A DNA stretch of 64,000 nucleotides from Victivallaceae bacterium. GTDB taxonomy: Bacteria; Verrucomicrobiota; Lentisphaeria; Victivallales; Victivallaceae. The stretch is taken from contig JAQULZ010000001.1 in assembly GCA_028718375.1 (NCBI GenBank), positions 5,383 through 69,382 of the forward strand. Direction: 5' to 3'. Below are positions 25,117-34,897 of this stretch, piece after piece (positions within the stretch are counted from its first letter, which is position 1; each line of letters starts with the position of its first letter). Below the pieces are notes generated by a model. The model had not been told where the DNA came from. It ran no database searches and saw only the letters and a program-made list of their open reading frames with translations. The position numbers were made by a program, and so were the translations under genes.

Positions 25117-27791
25117 TTATCAAAGCCATCCATATCGCCAACTACGGGAAATATTCCGGGCGCGCGTTCACCGGCCTGACCGGGGGGGTGAACGTCATTT
25201 ACGGTCCCAACGAGCACGGCAAGACGACGCTGCTCGAATTTGTCCGGAGAATGCTGTTCGGCTTTCCCTCCTACCGCAGGTCCGAGGAAAATTATTTTGA
25301 ACCGGTCAATAAAGCTCAACCCGGTGGCCGGCTGGTCTGCGTCCTGGATTCCGGGGAGGAAATTACCATCGAGCGGACGGGCTGGCGGAAAGGCGGGGCG
25401 CTGACGCTCAGTCTCCCCGGCGGGCGCAGCTCGGACAGTCAGCAGGAATTGAATGAACTGCTGCGGGCCGGAGAAGCGTTTTACCGGAACGTTTACGCGA
25501 TCACCATCGACGAGCTTTATTCGGTGAAGTCGCTCAATGAGGAAGATATTCGGAGTCGGATTTACGGCGCCGGGTTAGACCTGGGCGGCGTTTCTCTGGC
25601 GGCAATCCGGAAACAATTTCAGACTGCCGCCGAGGCATTGTTCAAAGACAAGGGCCGGAATCAGCCGGTACACAAACTGGACGAGCAGCGCCGGGATTAC
25701 GAACAGCGGATCAAGGCCGCCGCCGCCGGCCTCAGCCGTTATGAGGAAATCCTGACTGAGCAGGAGGCCAACCGCGAAAAAATCGAAGCGCTGCGGCGGA
25801 CCCTGAAGGAAATCGCCGCGCGGAGTTCGGAGCTTACCGGCCAATGCGCCGGCCTGAGCGAATTCATCAACTCCGAGGCGTTGACCCTCAAACTCGAAGC
25901 AATTCCCGCCTGTCCGGCGGTAACTCAGGATGATGTCGATGCCGCCCAAGAACTGACCGGAGAACTCAAAGCCGCCGCCGCCGAACTGCGGCAAGCGGAA
26001 AAAAAACAGTTTGAACTGCAGGAAAAACTTCGGGCAGTCAAGGTAAATTCCGCGTTGCTCGGCCTCGCCCCCGAACTTGCGCTGCTGGAACGCTCCTCCG
26101 AGCGTTACCGCGCCGACTGCCGCGCGGTGAAGGAACAGGCGGCGCGGTGCGGAGAACTCGAAAGCCAACTGGCCGCAACCCGGCAGGAAATCGCCCGCCT
26201 CTGGCAGGAAAACCGCCTTCCCGATCAATTCAGTTTCGATCTGGAGTTCACCGGCCGGATCGAGGAATTCGAACGCGAATTCAGCGCCCTGCGGCAGCAG
26301 CAGCTCACCGCCGCCGTGCTGGCGGCGCAAGCGGCGCCGGGATTCCGGCAGTCCGGAAAACAGCTCGCGTTATTGGGGCTGGCGGCAGTTCTGGAAGCTG
26401 TCCTGATCGCAGCCGGAATGGCGGCAGACATGCCGTTTTTGATTGGCATTGCCGCCGCCGCTCTGGCGTTTACCGCTGCGGCCGCGGTGAAAGGGGTTAT
26501 CGCAAAACCTCGCGCAGCCGGGACTGCCGTTCCGCCGGAAGAAAAACTGCTCCGGCTTCAGGAATGCTGGCGGGAACTGCTGACGCAAAAGCATTTCAAG
26601 AATACGTTGACGCCGGAGGATTTATTGAAATGCGCCGGCATCTGCAAAACTTACCTGAAAGATCAGGCGTCCCGCACCGCTCTGGAACGGGAACTGGAAG
26701 AAAAACGGCGCTGGCTGACCGATATTGAGGAACTGCTGGCCAAAGCCGCGGCGACAGTCGACCGCCGCACTCTGATTTCGGACGCGGCGGCGGATATTGA
26801 ACTGCTCTCCCGGCAGTTCCGGGAGAACGAAAAAGCGGCCGCCGAACAGCAGCATTTACAGGCGGAACTCAAAATCGTTGACAAACAACTGGCTTCCGCC
26901 GGGACCGCGGTTAAAAATTGCGCCGCCGCACTCGAACACCGGCTAGCTGAGTTCCGGGCTGCGGATCTGCCGGATTTGCGCCGCATGCTCGGCCATAGCC
27001 GCGACCGCCGGATTTTACAGGAAAAACTTGCAGAAACCCGGGACCGGTTAAAAACCATTTTCGGGCTGGGGGCGCAGATGGCGAAAATTCGTGCTCAACT
27101 GGAAAACTTTTCCCGCGACCATGCCGAAGCGGAACTCGCCGGACTGGAGGAACGGAAAAACGACTTGCAGCGGCAGTTGGATGAACTGAACCGGCGGCAG
27201 GGAGAACTGAATAACGAAAAAAAACAGTTGGTTTCAGCGGACGAACTGGCAATGCTGCATAACGAGCATGAGCGCTGTATCGAGCAGCTCCGGAATCACG
27301 CCTTGCGCTGGGCCGAATATAAGACGGCGGAGCTGCTGATCGACCGCGCCGTAAATCAATATGAACGCGAACGCCAGCCGGAAGTTATCAGCCGGGCAGC
27401 GGAAATCTTCCGGGAACTCACCGGAGGGCGTTACGCAAGCATCCGCAAACCGGCGGAAACGGACGAACTGCTGCTGGCGGAAGCCGACGGGGCGATCCGC
27501 CGGGTAATCGAACTGAGCCGGGGCACCCGGGAACAGCTTTATCTGGCCATGCGTCTGGGACTGATCGGACAATATGAAGCACAAAGCGAAAGTCTGCCGC
27601 TGATTTTCGACGATGTGCTGGTGAATTTCGACCGCCGCCGCCTGGAAGCGGCGCTGGAGACGGTCTTCGGGTTTGCCCGCGACCGGCAGTTGATCGTTTT
27701 GACCTGTCATGAGAATATTCGTTCAGCGTTGCTCAAATACGGCGCCAGTGATATTTCGACGCCGGCTTATCCCGACACCGGCCGGGGTTAA
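25113..27791 (+). CDS. SbcC/Rad50-like AAA ATPase (YhaN-like) with central hydrophobic hairpin
   Basis: Walker A GPNEHGKTTLLEF, long coiled-coil-type Ala/Glu/Leu/Arg-rich arms, signature-like LSRGTREQLYLAMRLGL, Walker B LPLIFDDVLVNFD. The GTG start overlaps the upstream stop (GTGA). Mid-protein segments LALLGLAAVLEAVLIAAGMAA and MPFLIGIAAAALAFTAAAAV are hydrophobic. Confidence 0.8.
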   Translation: MIIKAIHIANYGKYSGRAFTGLTGGVNVIYGPNEHGKTTLLEFVRRMLFGFPSYRRSEENYFEPVNKAQPGGRLVCVLDSGEEITIERTGWRKGGALTLSLPGGRSSDSQQELNELLRAGEAFYRNVYAITIDELYSVKSLNEEDIRSRIYGAGLDLGGVSLAAIRKQFQTAAEALFKDKGRNQPVHKLDEQRRDYEQRIKAAAAGLSRYEEILTEQEANREKIEALRRTLKEIAARSSELTGQCAGLSEFINSEALTLKLEAIPACPAVTQDDVDAAQELTGELKAAAAELRQAEKKQFELQEKLRAVKVNSALLGLAPELALLERSSERYRADCRAVKEQAARCGELESQLAATRQEIARLWQENRLPDQFSFDLEFTGRIEEFEREFSALRQQQLTAAVLAAQAAPGFRQSGKQLALLGLAAVLEAVLIAAGMAADMPFLIGIAAAALAFTAAAAVKGVIAKPRAAGTAVPPEEKLLRLQECWRELLTQKHFKNTLTPEDLLKCAGICKTYLKDQASRTALERELEEKRRWLTDIEELLAKAAATVDRRTLISDAAADIELLSRQFRENEKAAAEQQHLQAELKIVDKQLASAGTAVKNCAAALEHRLAEFRAADLPDLRRMLGHSRDRRILQEKLAETRDRLKTIFGLGAQMAKIRAQLENFSRDHAEAELAGLEERKNDLQRQLDELNRRQGELNNEKKQLVSADELAMLHNEHERCIEQLRNHALRWAEYKTAELLIDRAVNQYERERQPEVISRAAEIFRELTGGRYASIRKPAETDELLLAEADGAIRRVIELSRGTREQLYLAMRLGLIGQYEAQSESLPLIFDDVLVNFDRRRLEAALETVFGFARDRQLIVLTCHENIRSALLKYGASDISTPAYPDTGRG

Positions 27792-27810
27792 AAATATTTC
27801 TAAAAAAAAC

Positions 27811-27839
27811 TTGAAATCCGGATAAATAATCGGTATTGT
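27811..27839 (+). promoter_or_regulatory. Putative sigma70-type promoter ahead of the secretion-ATPase gene cluster
   Basis: TTGAAA (27811-27816), 17-nt spacer, TATTGT (27834-27839). Confidence 0.4.
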
Positions 27840-27845
27840 GAGACG

Positions 27846-29627
27846 TTGCAGCAGCAGCCGCCGCCGGCTGGACTGAAAAATTTGATTTTTCATCGGGAAA
27901 TACACACTTTGGCAAGAGACAGCAACTACATTTTGGAACTCCTCAAAGAGTACGGCATGGTTACCGACGAGCAGGTTGCTCAAGGCTGGAAGGAAGTCGC
28001 CGGCAGTGAGGGGAAGCTGGACATCATCGACGCTTTGAAAATCCTCGGTTTCATCGATGAAGACCAGCTGCTTGCCATGCTCGCCAATCAATACGGCATG
28101 GAAGTGGTGGATTTGTCCAGTTACGTTTTCCCCGAGGAAGTCATCAATGCCTTAACTCCCGATGTCGTTCTCCAGTATCAGGTCGTGCCGGTCATGAAAC
28201 ATGATAATGCGATTACCGTGGCGGTCAGTGATCCCAGCGATGTCGAAACCATTGATTCATTGCGTTACCTGCTCGGCTGCGACGTCGATGCGGTTGCGGC
28301 TCCGGCCGAACAAATCCGGACAGTTATCAATAATAATTATGCGAACCTCAAGGACACCGTCGAACATTATATTGATGAACTTACCGAAGAAGAAGCCGCC
28401 TCTTCCCAAATGCTCGCGGGCGCGCTCGGCGGAGCGGCTGAAAATTATGCGGATGACGATACGCCCATTGTTAAACTGGTTTCACTGCTGATCGTCGATG
28501 CCTATAAAATGCGCGCCAGCGACATTCACCTTGAACCAATGGAAAAACGTTACCGGGTCCGTTATCGGATTGACGGCGCGCTGGCCGAACAGGAAGCTCC
28601 CCCGAAATATTTACAGGCTAACCTGACTTCCCGCCTGAAAATCATGGCCGGGCTCGATATTACCGAAAAACGGGTTCCCCAGGACGGCCGCATCCAACTG
28701 AAAATCGGTAATGTCGACATTGATTTGCGGGTTTCCACTATCCCGACCACTCACGGTGAAAGCATCGTCATGCGAATCCTGGACAAGTCCAGCATCCAAC
28801 TGGACATCCCGAAACTCGGCTTCCTGGCCGACGACCTGAAGCTGATTACTCAAATCATCAATTTTCCGGACGGGATTTTCCTGGTAACCGGCCCCACCGG
28901 TTCCGGAAAAACGACTTCTCTGTATGCCTTCCTGAATACCATCAATCTGCCGACCCGGAAACTCATTACCGTCGAAGACCCGATCGAATATCAGTTGTCC
29001 GGGATTAACCAGGTTCAGGTGGCGCGGGAAATCAATATGACGTTCTCGGCGGCGCTGCGCGCCATGCTGCGCCAGGCCCCGAATATCATCATGGTTGGAG
29101 AAATCCGCGACCTGGAAACCGCGGAAATCGCGATCAACGCCGCGCTTACCGGGCATCTGGTATTCAGCACTCTGCACACCAATGACGCCCCCGGCGCCAT
29201 TACCCGTTTAATTGACATGGGGGTCAAAAACTTCCTGGTAGCTTCCGGCGTACGCGCCATCATGGCCCAGCGCCTGCTGCGCCGTAACTGCAAGGAATGT
29301 ATGGAAGAAATAACGCCTACCCCGGCCGAATGCCGGCTGCTCGGGTTGTCCGAGGAATATCTGGCCAATCACAAGTTTTATAAAGGTAAAGGATGTCCGG
29401 CCTGTAACGGTACCGGTTACCGGGGGCGGATCGGTATTTATGAGATTTTCATCGTTACCCCCGATATCGGGGAACTGATTTTTGCCAATGAACCGAGCAG
29501 CAAAATCCGGGAACGGGCGCGGGCTAACGGGATGCGTTCCCTGCGCGACGACGGAATGCGTAAAGCAGAGGCGGGAATATCGAGCGTTGAGGAAGTTATC
29601 CGTCTCACGCTGATGGATTCGGCATAA
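27846..29627 (+). CDS. GspE/PilB-family secretion/pilus assembly ATPase, paralog 1 (start uncertain)
   Basis: T2SSE_N-type N-domain (ILELLKEYGMVTDEQV...VVPVMKHDNAITVAVSDP), Walker A GPTGSGKTT, VEDPIEYQL, IMVGEIRD, TGHLVFSTLHTNDA, and tetracysteine CKEC...CPACNGTGYRGR. The ORF-track TTG 27846 lies only 7 nt after the putative -10, so in-frame TTG 27909 or a later start is more likely. Confidence 0.88.
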   Translation: MQQQPPPAGLKNLIFHREIHTLARDSNYILELLKEYGMVTDEQVAQGWKEVAGSEGKLDIIDALKILGFIDEDQLLAMLANQYGMEVVDLSSYVFPEEVINALTPDVVLQYQVVPVMKHDNAITVAVSDPSDVETIDSLRYLLGCDVDAVAAPAEQIRTVINNNYANLKDTVEHYIDELTEEEAASSQMLAGALGGAAENYADDDTPIVKLVSLLIVDAYKMRASDIHLEPMEKRYRVRYRIDGALAEQEAPPKYLQANLTSRLKIMAGLDITEKRVPQDGRIQLKIGNVDIDLRVSTIPTTHGESIVMRILDKSSIQLDIPKLGFLADDLKLITQIINFPDGIFLVTGPTGSGKTTSLYAFLNTINLPTRKLITVEDPIEYQLSGINQVQVAREINMTFSAALRAMLRQAPNIIMVGEIRDLETAEIAINAALTGHLVFSTLHTNDAPGAITRLIDMGVKNFLVASGVRAIMAQRLLRRNCKECMEEITPTPAECRLLGLSEEYLANHKFYKGKGCPACNGTGYRGRIGIYEIFIVTPDIGELIFANEPSSKIRERARANGMRSLRDDGMRKAEAGISSVEEVIRLTLMDSA

Positions 29628-29668
29628 TTTGACCGGCAGAACAGGTAATAACAAAGGAAAATTTGGGT

Positions 29669-31360
29669 ATGTTGGATGCTGAAGGCCAAGCCTTGAAAGA
29701 TATTCTCCTGACGGAAGGAATTTGTACCGCCGAACAACTCCAGGAGGCCGAGGACGAACATGAACGCTCCGGGAAGTCATTCCGGGAAGTCATTATCAAT
29801 TACGGTTTTCTGACGGAACCGGAGATACTTCAGCATTTCGCGGCCAGCCTCGGCACGGAAATCTACGACTTCAAACGCGAAGATATTCCGCGCCAGATAA
29901 TCGAGCTGCTCGATTCGGAAACGGCCCGGGCTTACGGGGTGATTCCGGTTTCCCAGGAAGGAAACTGCCTGAAAGTCGTCGCCAAAAACCCGATGAACTA
30001 CCAGATCGTCGAGGAATTGCAGTTCATCCTGGGACTCGAAGTCCAGATGCTGGCGGCTGAGCCGAACCAGGTCGATACCGCCATTGAAAAATATTATCCG
30101 GTCACCGTTGCATCCGTTCATGACGTCATTTCGGAAATGACGGAATCCAGCGGCGCCGAAGAACAGGACTATGATGATATCACCGACCTGGAAAATGCGG
30201 CCAACGAAGCTCCCATCGTCCGCTTTGTGGAAGTAGTGCTTTATCAGGCGATCAAAGACCAGGCCAGCGACATTCATTTTGAACCGTTTGAAAAATCCTT
30301 CAGAATCCGTTACCGGGTTGACGGCACTCTCTATGAAATGCCGCCGCCGCCCCGCAGTCTGGCGGTGCCGGTCATCAGCCGGGTTAAAATTATGAGCGGA
30401 CTGAATATTGCCGAACGGCGGCTGCCTCAGGACGGCCGCATCCAACTGAAAATCGGCGGCAAACCCATTGACCTGCGCGTTTCCACCTTGCCCACTTCCT
30501 ACGGCGAATCAGTGGTGCTGCGTATTCTGGACCGGACAGTAGTCAACCTTGACCTCGACTCGCTCGGCATAAACAGCGACGTGCTGGCAAAACTGCGCGA
30601 TATAATCCATCTGCCGAACGGCATCCTGCTGGTAACCGGGCCGACCGGCTCCGGCAAAACAACCACCCTTTATTCGGCGCTCCAGGAAGTCAACCGGATT
30701 GAAGACAAACTTCTTACCGCCGAGGACCCGGTTGAATATGACATCGAGGGCATTATTCAATTGCCGATCAACGAGAGTTTCGGCATGACTTTCCACCGGG
30801 CGCTCCGCGCCTTCCTGCGGCAGGACCCGGACCGGATCATGATCGGGGAAATCCGGGACCTGGAAACCGCCGAAATCGCGATCGAATCGTCCCTTACCGG
30901 ACACTTTGTCTTCAGCACTCTGCATACCAATGACGCCGCCGGAACGATAACCCGGCTGGTGGATATGGGGGTGGAGCCGTTCTTACTTTGCTCGTCCATT
31001 GTCGGAGTGCTCAGCCAGCGCCTGATCCGGAAAGTCTGTAAAAACTGCCGGGTGGCTTATGACCCGACCGACGAGGAACTGGAACGGCTGGGGATTTCCC
31101 GCGAAGAGACCGGCGACCGGAAATTTTACTACGGCAAAGGCTGCGCGAACTGCAATGAAACCGGATACCGCGGCCGAAAATCAATCTGTGAACTCCTGTC
31201 AATGTCCCCCGAGTTGATGGAATTGATCTTAAAGAACGCGCCGACCATTAACATCCGGCAGAAAGCGCGGACCCAGGGCATGGTGACGCTGCGCGAGGAC
31301 GGGATACAGTCTGTTTTGAACGGGTTGACTACGGTTGACGAGATTCTCAGATATACTTAA
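29669..31360 (+). CDS. GspE/PilB-family secretion/pilus assembly ATPase, paralog 2
   Basis: ATG 29669 with AAAGGAAAA upstream. N-domain LKDILLTEGICTAEQLQEA...FREVIINYGFLTEPEIL, GPTGSGKTT, AEDPVEYDI, IMIGEIRD, TGHFVFSTLHTNDA, CKNC...CANCNETGYRGR. Confidence 0.9.
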   Translation: MLDAEGQALKDILLTEGICTAEQLQEAEDEHERSGKSFREVIINYGFLTEPEILQHFAASLGTEIYDFKREDIPRQIIELLDSETARAYGVIPVSQEGNCLKVVAKNPMNYQIVEELQFILGLEVQMLAAEPNQVDTAIEKYYPVTVASVHDVISEMTESSGAEEQDYDDITDLENAANEAPIVRFVEVVLYQAIKDQASDIHFEPFEKSFRIRYRVDGTLYEMPPPPRSLAVPVISRVKIMSGLNIAERRLPQDGRIQLKIGGKPIDLRVSTLPTSYGESVVLRILDRTVVNLDLDSLGINSDVLAKLRDIIHLPNGILLVTGPTGSGKTTTLYSALQEVNRIEDKLLTAEDPVEYDIEGIIQLPINESFGMTFHRALRAFLRQDPDRIMIGEIRDLETAEIAIESSLTGHFVFSTLHTNDAAGTITRLVDMGVEPFLLCSSIVGVLSQRLIRKVCKNCRVAYDPTDEELERLGISREETGDRKFYYGKGCANCNETGYRGRKSICELLSMSPELMELILKNAPTINIRQKARTQGMVTLREDGIQSVLNGLTTVDEILRYT

Positions 31361-31372
31361 AGGAGGCATCAG

Positions 31373-32440
31373 ATGAGCATCGACATGTCGGAACTGCTGC
31401 AGTTGGTGGTTGACGAAGGCGCCAGTGATTTGCACGTCGAAGTCGGAGCTCCTCCGATGTTACGAATTCATGGAGAACTTACCCCGCTGGAAGTTGACCC
31501 CCTGGTTCCCGAAGAAACGGAAGCCATGGTTAAGGCAATTGCCTCTGAAGCTCAATTGAGAACCGTTCAGGAATGCGGTTCCGCCGACTTCGGTTTCGCC
31601 TTCGGCGACCAGGCGCGGTTCAGGGTGAGCGCTTTCAAGCAGAAAGGTTTTTTCGGTACGGTACTGCGCCAGATTCCCAACACCCTGCTGACGATGGAGC
31701 AAATCGGTTTGCCGATGCACATCAAGGATTTGTTATTCCGCCCCCGCGGGATGATTCTGGTAACCGGCCCTACCGGCAGCGGCAAATCGACGACTTTGGC
31801 TTCGATGCTGAATGTCATTAATGAAGAAATGGCCTGCCATATCATTACCGTTGAAGACCCGATCGAATTTTATCACAACCATAAACGCAGCATGGTTATT
31901 CAGCGCGAGATCGGAGTTGACACCCCCAGTTTCAGCGAAGCTCTGCGGCGGGCGCTGCGCCAGGACCCGGACGTGATCCTGGTCGGTGAAATGCGCGACC
32001 TGGAAACGATCGAAGCCGCCATAACCGCCGCCGAAACCGGACACCTGGTCTTCGGAACGCTGCATACTTCGAGCGCCGTCGGCACTATCGACCGGATCAT
32101 TGACGCGTTTCCTACCCAGCAGCAGGGACAGGTCAGGACTCAGCTGGCGACTTCGCTGGTCGCCGTGATTTCCCAGGTACTGCTGGCCCGGGCGGATAAA
32201 CCCGGGCGGATCGCCGCCTTCGAAATCATGGTGTCCACTCCGTCCATTCAGGCCCTGATCCGCGATAACAAGACTTTCCGTATTCCCTCCGAACTGCAAA
32301 CCGGCGCTAAATACGGAATGAATACGCTCGACGCCCATTTAATCGATTTGTACCGGAAAAACCTGATCAGTTATAATGATTTGATTACGAAATCCGAGGA
32401 TCCTGAATCAATAATTGAAAAACTGGCAAGTCTGGAATAA
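31373..32440 (+). CDS. pilT: Twitching-motility-type retraction ATPase PilT
   Basis: ELLQLVVDEGASDLHV..., GPTGSGKSTTLASM, VEDPIEF, ILVGEMRD, TGHLVFGTLHTSSA, SIQALIRDNK. AAAGGAGG RBS. Confidence 0.9.
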   Translation: MSIDMSELLQLVVDEGASDLHVEVGAPPMLRIHGELTPLEVDPLVPEETEAMVKAIASEAQLRTVQECGSADFGFAFGDQARFRVSAFKQKGFFGTVLRQIPNTLLTMEQIGLPMHIKDLLFRPRGMILVTGPTGSGKSTTLASMLNVINEEMACHIITVEDPIEFYHNHKRSMVIQREIGVDTPSFSEALRRALRQDPDVILVGEMRDLETIEAAITAAETGHLVFGTLHTSSAVGTIDRIIDAFPTQQQGQVRTQLATSLVAVISQVLLARADKPGRIAAFEIMVSTPSIQALIRDNKTFRIPSELQTGAKYGMNTLDAHLIDLYRKNLISYNDLITKSEDPESIIEKLASLE

Positions 32441-32457
32441 AATAAGGAGACTGCAGT

Positions 32458-33723
32458 ATGCCGCAATTTCTCTATACAGCAATGGATTCAAACGGTAAAG
32501 AACGCCGGGGTAAAATCGATTCTCCTACCGAAGAACAGGCGGCCGCAGCCTTAAAGAAACAGGATTTGTATCCGACTTCGATCAAACCCGTTAAAGCGGT
32601 AAAAACCGCCCCGTCCCAAAAAACTGCGGCCAAAGGAAAAAAGAAGAAGGGCGGCGCCCTCAGCATGACTATCGGTACGCCGGTAATCAAACGCAAGCAG
32701 CTTACGCTTTTTACCCGTCAGCTGGCGATTCTGTTGGATGCGGGACTGCCCCTGATCCGTTCCCTTAAAACCCTTGAAAGGCAGTCCAGAGACCCGATTG
32801 TAAAACTGATCATCGGGGAAACTGCCGAAACGGTCGAATCGGGCTCGACGTTCTCCGAATCCCTGGCTAAAAACCCGAAATCCTTCGACCGGCTGTTCCT
32901 GAACATGATCCGGGCCGGCGAGGCGGCCGGAGCCATGGAAACCATTCTCAACCGGCTGGCGAACTTTATGGAAAGCTCGGCGCGAATTGCCGGGAAAGTC
33001 AAATCCGCGCTGATTTATCCTATTGTGGTACTGGTCGTAGCCGGGGGCGTTACCGCCGGGTTGATGGTTTTCATCGTTCCCAACTTCACGAAAATTTTTG
33101 ACGACTTGCTTAAAGGAGAACCATTGCCGGCGATCACGCAATGGGTTATGAATGCTTCCGAAGTTATGAAGAACGATGCTTTAACGGTAATCGGGATCAT
33201 TGTGGGAATCATCATTGCGATAAAACTTATTTGTAAAACCAAACAGGGAAAATACGTTTTTGACTGGATTAAATATAACATGCCGTTATTCGGGCCGATT
33301 ATCGCGAAAACCGCGATCTCACGTTTTGCCCGAACGCTCGGAACGCTGATGGCTTCCGGAGTCGGAGTTCTGGGAGCGCTGAATATTGTCCGGGAAACCG
33401 CCGGTAACGATGTGGTCGCAAATGCGGTCGGCAAAGTCCATGATGCGGTGAAAGAAGGTGAAGGGATTGCTCCGCCGCTCGGCGCTACTAAAATTTTTCC
33501 GGAAATGGTGGTCAGTATGATTGAAGTAGGCGAAGAAACCGGTAAATTACCGGATATGCTTGAAAAAATAGCGGACACTTACGAAGAAGAAGTAAATAAT
33601 GCGGTTGGCGCTTTGACTTCACTGATTGAACCCCTGATGATTGTAGGGCTGGCGGTTATTGTCGGTACCATTGTGGTCGCGTTGTTCCTGCCGCTTACTA
33701 AAATCATTGAAAAGATGAGTTGA
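32458..33723 (+). CDS. GspF/PilC-family inner-membrane platform protein
   Basis: Two T2SSF repeats (FTRQLAILLDAGLPLIRSL... and FARTLGTLMASGVGVLGAL...) and three or more hydrophobic helices. AAGGAG RBS. Confidence 0.88.
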   Translation: MPQFLYTAMDSNGKERRGKIDSPTEEQAAAALKKQDLYPTSIKPVKAVKTAPSQKTAAKGKKKKGGALSMTIGTPVIKRKQLTLFTRQLAILLDAGLPLIRSLKTLERQSRDPIVKLIIGETAETVESGSTFSESLAKNPKSFDRLFLNMIRAGEAAGAMETILNRLANFMESSARIAGKVKSALIYPIVVLVVAGGVTAGLMVFIVPNFTKIFDDLLKGEPLPAITQWVMNASEVMKNDALTVIGIIVGIIIAIKLICKTKQGKYVFDWIKYNMPLFGPIIAKTAISRFARTLGTLMASGVGVLGALNIVRETAGNDVVANAVGKVHDAVKEGEGIAPPLGATKIFPEMVVSMIEVGEETGKLPDMLEKIADTYEEEVNNAVGALTSLIEPLMIVGLAVIVGTIVVALFLPLTKIIEKMS

Positions 33724-33767
33724 AAAATCATTTTTGAATCACCCGGATAAGGAATTGTTGACAAATC

Positions 33768-34865
33768 ATGGAAAATAATAATTTTTATGCAGTAGTAATG
33801 GCGGGAGGGAAAGGCGAACGCTTCTGGCCTCAGAGCCGGAGCAATCATCCCAAACAATTATTGCGCCTGATCGGAAACCTGACCCTCATCGAACAAACTG
33901 TCGAACGGTTGAAACCGTTGATTCCCGCAAAAAATATTTTAATCATTACCAATCAGGATTACGTCGCTCCGATGCGGTCGCTGCTGACCGGTCTGTCTCC
34001 CGAAAACATCATCGGGGAACCGGTCGGACTGGATACCGCCCCCTGTATTGCCCTGGCGGCGGGGGTAGTCCGCGCCAAGGCCGGCAATGACCACGCGATC
34101 ATGTTTCTGCTGCCGTCGGATCATGTCATCCGTAACGTCAGCGCCATGCGGTGCGAACTGGAAGACTGCGCCCGGCTGGCCGAAAACGGCAATACCATTG
34201 TCACCATCGGCGTTAATCCCGCCTCGGCCAGTACCGGTTACGGCTATATTAAATGCGGCGAGCAACTTGCGGACGGCATGGATACGAAATTTTTCACCAG
34301 TCTCGGTTTCAAGGAAAAACCCGATGCTGAAACTGCCAAGCGGTTTCTTGCCGACGGCAACTACAAGTGGAACAGCGGTATCTTCATCTGGTCGGTCAAG
34401 ACCATTATGGAGGCGTTCCATAACTATGCCCCGCAGCTGGCGGGAATGGCAGACCGGCTCGGTGAAGCGTTTGTCAAAAACACCATTGAGCGCGCGCTGG
34501 CGGCCGAATATGAGCAATGCGAGCGGATTTCCATCGATTACGCCATCATGGAAAAGGTTGAAAACGTCATGGTCGCGGAATGTGCTTTCGACTGGGACGA
34601 CGTCGGCAGCTGGACTGCGCTGCGCAACCAGATCCGTCCCGGGAAAAACAACAACGTCGTCCGGGGGTTGTTCGAAAGCCTGGATTCTTATAACAATATC
34701 ATCGTCGGCGACGCTCAGCACCTGATTGCCGCAATCGATGTGGAAGACCTGATCATTGTCCACACCGACGACGCGACGCTGGTATGCAACGTGAAATCCG
34801 CCCAGCGGATCAAGGAACTGGTACAGAATATCAGTCAGAAGCCTGAATTATCCAAATTCCTCTAA
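33768..34865 (+). CDS. Mannose-1-phosphate guanylyltransferase-type sugar nucleotidyltransferase
   Basis: YAVVMAGGKGERFWPQSRSNHPKQLL (G-x-G-x-R nucleotidyltransferase loop), ...LPSDH.I..., YGYIK, WNSGIFIW. Confidence 0.8.
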   Translation: MENNNFYAVVMAGGKGERFWPQSRSNHPKQLLRLIGNLTLIEQTVERLKPLIPAKNILIITNQDYVAPMRSLLTGLSPENIIGEPVGLDTAPCIALAAGVVRAKAGNDHAIMFLLPSDHVIRNVSAMRCELEDCARLAENGNTIVTIGVNPASASTGYGYIKCGEQLADGMDTKFFTSLGFKEKPDAETAKRFLADGNYKWNSGIFIWSVKTIMEAFHNYAPQLAGMADRLGEAFVKNTIERALAAEYEQCERISIDYAIMEKVENVMVAECAFDWDDVGSWTALRNQIRPGKNNNVVRGLFESLDSYNNIIVGDAQHLIAAIDVEDLIIVHTDDATLVCNVKSAQRIKELVQNISQKPELSKFL

Positions 34866-34897
34866 ACCGTTTTCGGAAATGGATACCGGGTGAACCA

